This document shows, in pieces, positions 40,344 to 48,427 of a stretch of 48,427 bases of DNA. The notes below the pieces were generated by a model. The model saw only the letters and a program-made list of their open reading frames with translations. It did not search any database and was not told where the DNA came from. The DNA comes from Basidiobolus meristosporus CBS 931.73. Lineage: Eukaryota > Fungi > Basidiobolomycota. Numbering within the stretch: the stretch's first letter is position 1; the number at the start of each line of letters is the position of its first letter. Both the position numbers and the translations under genes were made by a program. Location: assembly GCA_002104905.1 (NCBI GenBank), contig MCFE01000665.1, positions 1 through 48,427 of the forward strand, written 5' to 3'.

Positions 40344-41789
40344 TCAAAGGTACTTTAGTTGGGCGGATGTAAACACTGGCGGCTTCCACGACAGAAATGA
40401 AGGTTCGATGCTGCGTCTCTGCTTGGATTTGCTGCGGTAGTAGTTATTCACAACCTTCTCGCTGAGGCATATGATGTGTTGTCCGTGGTAGTACTTCAAA
40501 GAATCGATACTTTGCAACGTGTGCATAACATCTTGTACTGTGATAGAGGTCGCGGCAGAGATGTCGTGCAGGGTGGTCTCCCCTTTGAACTCAATGAGCA
40601 GCTCGATGATCGTCTCGGCCCAGTAGGCACGGTAGCTCAAAAGACCGAGGTCGGAGAGTGGCTTCTCAGGGGACCCGATTTTCCCTTCTATCTTTGAGAG
40701 TTCATACGAAAAGGAGATGAGAAGCTTGCCGAAGCCCATCCGTTGATATTGCGGGAGGGTCAGGATGCAAGCAAGGTTGTACTCTTCTAGGGATTCCTTT
40801 TCCTTGGAAAAGTAGCCGATTATGTGAGCACCGTGCTCATCGTTCTTGGTCATAATGTAAAAGAGAAAAGGGTCCACATCGTAGTACAATGTCTTGTGGT
40901 CCAGAAACAGCTTTGAAAGGAGCGATAAATTACGACAGTATGTCTTTTGCTTGCGTCCGTCAATTTCAAAGAACGATATATCCTCATGCCGATAGATCTC
41001 GTTCCCAGGCGGATGCAGCAATTCACACTTTGATCGATGCCTTGAATATATTTTGAGGGATAGAAAATAGCACAAGCAAAACTCGCATATGTATATCAGT
41101 TCTGCGTGTGCAAATTGCGGGGGATACGGGGAGAAATACCATCCCTCGATTTCATACTTGCCCATCTGGATGCGGTTTAGATTCTTGACCCGAGCAACCT
41201 CATTCACGCACTGGGTCATGGAGCCTGAAGTTCGTAGCTTTTCAATCTCCATTTCTTTGGAGAAGGTTTCTGGTTGGATCGAATCTCTACGCTTATCTTC
41301 ACCATCATAAGTCTCGGTTGTCTCTTCGGGCTTGTCGCGCATCAACGAGGCACTGCTCTGAGCCGCATCCTCGTTCTGACCTACACTCTGCATCGAAAGC
41401 TTGCGCTTTCTTCCAGGCCCAGCTCCAGAGAGCTTAGAAGGCCTTCGACCTCTCCCTGAAGTCTCTTGTACACCTGGAGTGGAAGGCTTGGCTTTCTTAG
41501 TTTTAGGGAACTCCACGCCTTTTGAAAGGTCTAGTCGAGAGCCATCTACCCATTCGTCCAAACGCTTATTGAATTCAACGTAGTGCACATAATATTCAGA
41601 TTGCACAGATCCTTCAAGCTTCCTGATAGACAATATTTCGGCTTTACGATACTGAACATCATTGGGGCCCATGATCTTTTCCACCAAAAGCTTACATCCT
41701 ACTCGTAGAGATTCCTGTGATATATCGTGGATATCTGAACTAATGCCAGATTCCAGTTGTGAATTCTCTGTTATCTGATTGCTCAACAT
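40344..41789 (-). CDS. esa1: MYST-family histone acetyltransferase Esa1/Tip60 (KAT5), intronless
   Basis: Tudor-knot YYVHYVEFNKRLDEWV, C2HC finger CEFC..H..C, YNLACILTLPQYQRMGFG and GSPEKPLSDLG. The start is taken at MLSNQ (41789), not the upstream alternative start. Confidence 0.96.
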   Translation of the reverse strand: MLSNQITENSQLESGISSDIHDISQESLRVGCKLLVEKIMGPNDVQYRKAEILSIRKLEGSVQSEYYVHYVEFNKRLDEWVDGSRLDLSKGVEFPKTKKAKPSTPGVQETSGRGRRPSKLSGAGPGRKRKLSMQSVGQNEDAAQSSASLMRDKPEETTETYDGEDKRRDSIQPETFSKEMEIEKLRTSGSMTQCVNEVARVKNLNRIQMGKYEIEGWYFSPYPPQFAHAELIYICEFCLCYFLSLKIYSRHRSKCELLHPPGNEIYRHEDISFFEIDGRKQKTYCRNLSLLSKLFLDHKTLYYDVDPFLFYIMTKNDEHGAHIIGYFSKEKESLEEYNLACILTLPQYQRMGFGKLLISFSYELSKIEGKIGSPEKPLSDLGLLSYRAYWAETIIELLIEFKGETTLHDISAATSITVQDVMHTLQSIDSLKYYHGQHIICLSEKVVNNYYRSKSKQRRSIEPSFLSWKPPVFTSAQLKYL

Positions 41790-42499
41790 TTGCTTCCAAA
41801 TGCTCGAGTGGCTATTCCCTTTGAGTTTAACGCAGCGGCAAAAACAATACACTATATTAGAGAAGGGTAGAATTGGAGCAGGGTGGGCTGTTTGTCAGCT
41901 TGGTGGAGCTGTTAACCATTTGGCTTATGCGTAGGGGGCTCAACACAAGGATTAGCCATGAGGAATTGGCTATTTAATGGCAAATGGGGTAGGTTTAATT
42001 TCGCTCTGGAGTATTTACTGCCTGCCCTATCTCAACAAGCAAATAAAGGCATTCATGGGAATCGTACAACAAACTGGTGACCAGTATCTAAAATAGGAGA
42101 TTACGTTGGCTGACCGCTGGCTCTAATCAGCCTTTACGCTGTGCTTGAATGGAAAATGGTATCTCACATATGCATAAAGGAGTAGAGTGTAACTTAGTGG
42201 TAGCATGTAGTTCAGGGTCAAGACACTTATGCTCAATACGGGATTGGGGAATCTTACTTTTCCATACCAGGTGAAACCTTTACTATCTATGCTGCAAGGT
42301 TGTGTTATACATAGTTGGTTTCGAAGTGATACATAATATATATGGTGAAGAGCAGTTAAATGATTAATCATGTGGCCGGCATCTGCCAAACATAACAAGG
42401 GAAAGTATAGCACAATGCGCCAGCACTGATAAAAGTCAATCCGAATTTACTCAAAAAAGGTTATTCCATACCCTCATATATTTCAACTCCGTCAGTAAG

Positions 42500-43755
42500 G
42501 TCTGGTCACAAGGGCTACAGTTCCTAATCCCAGCCCTAAACACCAAAACCTGGAAATTTTTGCCCTTCACTTTGCATCTTTGCCCATTCACAAACAACTA
42601 TACTTAGACCTAAACCTACCATGCTGTACTCTCTGTATCAAATATTTAAGTTGTTTGATTTATTTATTATTATAATGTTACCTTGAGAATTACAATTATC
42701 AATAGTCATGATTCATCCCAGTCTGGCCAATGTCCCATATTTCACCAACTTTGGGCTCCACAAATTGCACTGGCCCTGTGGTTAGGGAGGGAAAATCACC
42801 AATAATTGGTGAAATCTTTATTTGCAGCCTAAGCTAATTCAAACAAAAAAGCCAGCAGGGATGTGCATTCCTTACACAAGTACACTAAACCAAGCTCAAA
42901 GTAGTATCCCAACATACATCAAAGGTCTGATATACACTGACATGAGTACTGCAGCGTGAGAAATATAGAAATCTTAAAGAAAATGGATAACTGCAGGTGA
43001 ACAAGTGTTTCTGATGATGGAGTTAATTCTTGTGAGGATAATTTTCTATAGAGAAAATACTTTTAGGGGGAGGGAAAGTCACCAAGGTAGGTTAAATCTT
43101 TATATAGGGGAGGAAGGGTTAGGGGAGGGAAAGTCACCAAGTTGGTGAAATCTTTATTTGAGTTAAGAACTAATCTAGGTACAAATAAAGAAGCCAATTA
43201 AGAGGTCTAGAACCTCTCTAATAAGTAATCTAATTTATGTTTTGTTTCATCTCTAATGTTTGTTTCAATAAAGTAAAGCTCATCAGGGGTAAATATAAAA
43301 TTCAGGGGTTTTGGGGGAAGTACAAATTGTAGATGTTTCTGATCAATATAATCCAAGACTGGAACCCAGCCTGGGATTAGGTGTAGTAGGAAAGGTGTGT
43401 GGACTTGTAAGTAGCTCTGCCACATAGATCTTAGATGGTCCTGAGCTAGTAGTCTTGGTTTCTCAGCTTTTTGAAGTTTTGAAGCAAGCTCTGTTACTAC
43501 AGCAGAGCCAACCAGGGTGTGCCAGCAAGAAGATTTCAGGGAGGAGTTAGATTGAAGCCATTCTTTGATGGAGGGGTTATGTGATTTCTGAAGTTTGACT
43601 AGGAAGGAAGCACGCAGATAGACCATTTGGATTTGGTATGGGTAGAAGCCAAAGGCTCCATGTTGTGCATCAACATTTAAAACTTAGCCAATTTCACTCC
43701 GTTAGAAAATCTAGTACCCTAACTGATTTTCCCTAACCCAATCATAACTAATCCC
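42500..43755. mobile_element. Unclassified CpG-depleted element with three ~40-bp palindrome-containing direct repeats and an orphan ORF (43207-43626, minus)
   Basis: The motif tagggagggaaa(a/g)tcaccaa..ttggtgaaatctttat occurs at 42783-42823, 43064-43103 and 43119-43160, with a partial inverted copy near 43725-43740. Boundaries are uncertain. Confidence 0.45.
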
Positions 43756-44358
43756 TGTCATGATTTATGTTATCACTTCTCAGAATCTATTTTTAGCTGT
43801 CACACCTGATCAATTTTAAGTGGTCATTACGTCCTCAACTTATCTGCTAAGCCTTTCCAAGTGATTAGTCATCTGAGATCTGTCCAACCACTTAGTAGTT
43901 GCCAAGACATCAGCTGATTAATGATGCAATTTCTCATTTATCTTATGCACCTATCAACACCCCTACAGATTTCAATTAGTCCAGTCTCTTGGCGCTTACT
44001 AATTCAACTTGATCAGAAAAGTATAAATAAAGTTTACTGAACCTTTTGGCTTAGTGTGTGTCTCAACAAAATTAAGATTCTGTCTCAAGCAAAAATAAGA
44101 ACCCAACAATTCCGTTCTAGTTCCTATCCAAGCCTAGTATATCTAGCACTCCAAAGAGCACCAAGCCTAGCCTGCCTAGCAAACAAATATCATTGTCTTT
44201 ATAGCCAACCCAGCTATATCCAAGACCAATATTAGATCAGAATCTTTCTGCTAGTATTTCCGCCACTCTCTGACAATTCTAAGATTCTGCACTTAATTGT
44301 CCCTTTGGTTCAGTTAAACCATTCAAGAGTTTTATTACACTTTCTCTTGGATACAACA
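43756..44358 (+). repeat. Putative 5' LTR of the right Ty3/gypsy element
   Basis: Begins TGTCATG, contains TATAAATAAA (44022) and ends ATACAACA just before a T8 run and the gag ATG at 44399. An alternative end at 44068 (TCAACA) cannot be excluded without the 3' LTR. Confidence 0.5.
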
Positions 44359-44398
44359 TTTTTTTTGTTGAATTCCATTACATTCAACCGCTCATAAG

Positions 44399-47300
44399 AT
44401 GTCCTCAGCAGCAAGCAATCCAAATCTTTACATGTTGGAAGAAGCCGGCAGAAATCAGGAAGAGCTAACCAAACAGCTTAAAAACATCATGCATGAAAGA
44501 AACACTTTAATGCTAGAGCATTCAAAGCTTGCCAAGACAAGATCTGATAATCACCGTAGAGATGAGCTTCTTGAAGTTATTTCTGGTTACCAAGATGAAA
44601 TTGGAATTATCAAAGAAGCCCTGGAGAATGTTGCAATTGTAATTGACAGCATTGAAAATCCGCCAAGCCTTGCTCTGCATCAGCCACCAAGAAGTCATGC
44701 CTTTGGATCCTCCAGATCTACATCTCCCTCTAGACCTACGCCAGTGGTTGTCCCAAGATCCTTGCCCCTTTATGCTGAAGGAGCTAATGCCATAAAGAAT
44801 CCTACTGAGTTTCTTTACAAGTTTAGTCATGTCTTAGCTGCGCACCAGCTAGACCCTGACGCCAATTGGGCTAGACTTCTGCCTCTCTGTCTCACCATGC
44901 AAGATGCTGACTGGGTTGAAGTAAACATTCCGTCCAATAGTACGTGGAAGATTGCCCAAAACCTCTTTTGCAGCCATTTTGAAGATCCCCTCAAGAAAGC
45001 GCATCTAAGCTGCGACTTATGGAAAACTAAAATGCAAAAAGGTCAATCTGTGCAACACTTCGGTGATAGATTCCAGAGACAAATGAGATTAGCTGGAGTT
45101 AGTGATGACAATCCGTCGCTTACTTCTCATTTTCTTTCAAACTTTTCACACCAGCTACAGAGCAATATTGCTATTGTCAAAGCATGCAACCCTGCATGTA
45201 CCTATGACAAAATCTCAGAAGTATGTACACTTGCAATCACCATGACTGCAGCTGTTAGCCAGGCTTCAGGCAACTCCATGCAAGATGCTGTAACAACCAG
45301 AAAAGAGAGCAGTCATGTGTCCAAGAAGAAGTCAACCGCCACAAAGCATTGTGAGCTTCATGGAAGATGCTATCATTCTACTAGTGAATGCAAAGGCATC
45401 ACTAAGCAGTCAAACAAGTCAGGAAACACGTCTGAGAAGCAGCAAAATACCAAAACTGATAATCCATTTGCTGATGACAAATGCTTTAAATGTGGAAAGA
45501 TGGGACATAGATCACCGGCCTGTCCTGAGAAGAACTCTACACCATCGGCAAAGATTACCCAGATCCTGGATGAAAACTCAACCAATGAAATGACAGGGTA
45601 TGAAGAAGCATATGAAGAACTTACAATTCAAGATTATCACAATCTCTTTGAAATTCCGGCTAAAATTGCAACTGTTCAAGAAAAGAAGCAACCAATAGCA
45701 CAGCTAAAAGCTATAGAGGTGCCACTCAAGCTCAATGGCAAGTCATACATAGCACTATTGGATACTGGATCATCCAACTCTATTGTATTACCCAATGTAG
45801 TCAAAGAACTTAAGTTGGAAATAGAAAAGTGACCAGGAAAAATCATACTTGCGGCTAAGGACCTCTCAGCCCCAAGAATTGGTATAACCAATCCAATCAG
45901 CATACACTGTGGTTCAATAACTATAATCCATCAGATGGAAGTTATTGACATTCCAGATGGACCTCAGGTAGTCATTGGTCTAGACACCTTCACCAAACTT
46001 GGCTTTCACATAGGCGGACTACCTGTTTCATATCCTGGAATCACTAAATCTCAGCCACCCATAATGGATCAGATCCCAGAGATTATCTCACCCCATCCAG
46101 AAGCAGAGGAGTCAACCCCAACTTTCCAAGCATATTCTCAATCAGTCAAATTGGAAATTCAGCCGGCCATAGAAAGAAACCTAGCCATTCCCAGGAACAG
46201 TTTCTGCACTATTCCAGAATCCATTGTTACACTAGAAACCCCACCTGGTGAGTCAGCATGGAGGAGGCAATACCCAATTCCACATTCTTGTCAACACTTA
46301 GTTGATGAAATAGTCCAAAAGTGGGCTGACAATGGAATTATCACTCAAGCCCCTGTCAACACAACATTCAACAGCCCTTTGACGCTTGCACCTAAGAAAG
46401 ATGCTGATGGAAATCTAACTCTGAAGAGACCCTGTTTGGACCCTAGACCTCTGAACAAGCTTCTCCAAGATGATAAATTTCCAATTCCAAGAATCCAGGA
46501 TATCTTTTCCTCACTATCAGGAGCAAAAGTATTCTCCAAATTGGACTTGAAGGATGCATATCACCGATTCCAGATCCATCCTGATCATCAGCATAAGACT
46601 GCCTTTACTTGGAATAATATGCAATGGATGTTTCAGGAAGCTTCGTTTGGCCTAAAGACACTGACCAGCAAGTTCCAGAGAGTCATGACTATAATACTCA
46701 AGAATGCACCATACACCTTAGTATTTGTTGATGATGTCATCATATTTTCCACAAACCGTGATGATCATGCAACCCACGTTACTGATGTAATCAATAGACT
46801 GACAGCTGCTGGACTGATTTTTAATGCTGAAAAGTGCAGCTTTGCCCGCCTCAAAATCAATCTACTTGGATTCATTGTCACACCAGATGGCCACCAGCTT
46901 AATCCTTTCAAACTGGTCAATATTCCTGAATGGCCAAAACCCACTAGCGCTAAGCAACTCCAACATTATCTTGGAGTATTCAACTATTTCAGGGAACACA
47001 TTCCTCTCATGTCCTCCTTGAGTGCCCCTTTGGATGCATTATGCCATAGTCCTGATCTCCCCTCAGCCTGGAACAAGGTTCATGACCAAGCATTTGAGTC
47101 ACTCTGCCAATTGCTCCCACAAGCACCCACCCTATCCTACCCAGACTTTGCTAAGACCTTTTTTGTTGCCACTGATGCATCTAATGTTGGGTTAGGGGCA
47201 GTCCTCTATCAAGATGAAGACCAAAATCCGCCTCACTGGATCTCTTTCCAAGCCAGGTCCCTACAACCTGCTGAGAGAAACTACTCTGCTACCAAGAAGG

Positions 47301-48427
47301 AGCTACTTGCTATAGTCTTTGCCTTGAAGAAGTTTCATCAGTATCTATGGGGTAATCCTTTTACCTTATACACTGACCACCGAGCCCTTGTCTATATCCA
47401 CACTCAAAAGACTCTGACTCCAATGCTTACCAACTGGCTGGATACTCTACTTGATTATGAATATACAGTTGTTCATCGCCCAGGAATCCTCATCATCCTG
47501 CCTGACCACCTTTCAAGACTTTTCCCAACTTCACCTTGGGAGGGACATGTGATTACTGACATAATCAGTAAGCTCACTACAACTTCCAAAGTAATTCCTC
47601 AACTGGATTCAGCAACCTGGAAAATCCTCCATACCAATGAAAGGAAAATGTTGATACAGAGGAGTCATCTACTTGGCCACTTTGGAGCTGACACACTTAT
47701 GAAGAAGCTACACTCTGATGGATATCACTGGCCAAATATCAAAGCTGACTGCCTAGAATTTGTCAAGTCTTGCAGAGAATGTCAACTTTACAATATCAGC
47801 TGCCACAGATTTCACCCATTGAGTCCCATCCATGCAAGCCTTCCTATGGATCATATTGCAATTGATCTAGCTGGACCTTTCACCACTAGTGATGATGGTA
47901 ATCACTACCTCTTTGTGATTGTGGATGTGTGCACATGTTTTGTCTTCCTCAAAGCTATCCCAGACAAGTATGCTGCCACTATTGCACAAGAACTATTCAA
48001 GCTCTTCTGCCTTTTTGGATTCCCCAAGGTCATTCAATTGGATAATGGAACAGAATTTGTAAATCACGTGATCAAAGCCCTTTGTCAGAATAGCGCCATT
48101 GATCACCGTCTGATCACCCCATATCATCCAAAGCTAATGGACTTGCTGAAAGACATGTTCAGACCTCAGTGAACATCATCAGGAAATCTGTCAAGGGTAT
48201 CAAGAAGAATTGGGACAAGTATATCCCCACTGTACAGTATGCTATCAACACCAAAATTGCCACTCTACATGGATCAACACCATTTTCTTTGATGTTTGGA
48301 AGAAGATACAACCGCTTTGGAGACTACCAGAATACAGAGTTAGCAAGTTTGAGTACAGACAAGCTAAAGAACCGGCTTGAGTACCTTACAACATTGTCTA
48401 CCCTGCTATCAGTGCCAGAAGTAAGGC
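44399..48427 (+). mobile_element. Young Ty3/gypsy retrotransposon, single gag-pol frame inactivated by TGA at 45830 and a frameshift at ~48131; runs off the window
   Basis: Gag with CCHC knuckle CFKCGKMGHRSPAC, protease LLDTGSS, RT (LDPRPLN, FSKLDLKDAYH, FVDD), RNase H (TDASNVGLGAVL, NYSATKKELLAI) and integrase (H..GHFG, C..C, DLAGP, DNGTEF). The frame continues in phase across the 45830 stop. Confidence 0.96.

Noticed and set aside
42783-43160. Palindromic repeats read as a CRISPR array (also the 5864-6005 array)
   Set aside because: Eukaryotic context, irregular spacing (~240 and ~15 bp), degenerate repeats and no cas genes.
45830-45832. TGA between gag and pol read as programmed readthrough
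   Set aside because: It falls inside the protease domain after the DTG motif, not at a gag/pol boundary, and is best explained as a CGA-to-TGA mutation.
46720-46740. RT active site FVDD instead of YxDD
   Set aside because: F-for-Y at this position occurs in other retroelements as far as I recall, and both aspartates are intact. Not evidence of novelty.

Overview
Eukaryotic, intron-containing fungal DNA. The intron style and gene set suggest an early-diverging lineage such as Zoopagomycota/Mucoromycota (inference). The window has three sharply separated compartments. (1) About 1-13.3 kb is an almost CpG-free block of nested, decayed transposons: two inverted CACTA/EnSpm Tnp2 remnants, an unclassified repeat family in four fragments, a Ty3/gypsy remnant with 3' LTR and a 211-bp MITE inserted in it, and two Copia remnants. 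(2) About 13.3-42.5 kb is a CpG-normal gene island: SLMAP/Far9-10-like FHA protein, cdc48, Whi3-like RRM protein, Voa1/Ac45-like protein next to V-ATPase subunit C (vma5), an intronless hypothetical gene, an intronless bacterial-type GH46 chitosanase, a FUSC/ArAE-type membrane protein and esa1. (3) About 42.5 kb to the end is CpG-depleted again: an unclassified element with palindromic repeats, then a young Ty3/gypsy element broken by one nonsense codon and frameshifts. Best leads are the GH46 chitosanase (candidate horizontal acquisition), the CpG-directed hypermutation of repeats, a possible tRNA-independent self-priming structure in the gypsy 5' end, and the adjacent V-ATPase genes. All alignments, exon boundaries and counts were done by eye and are approximate.
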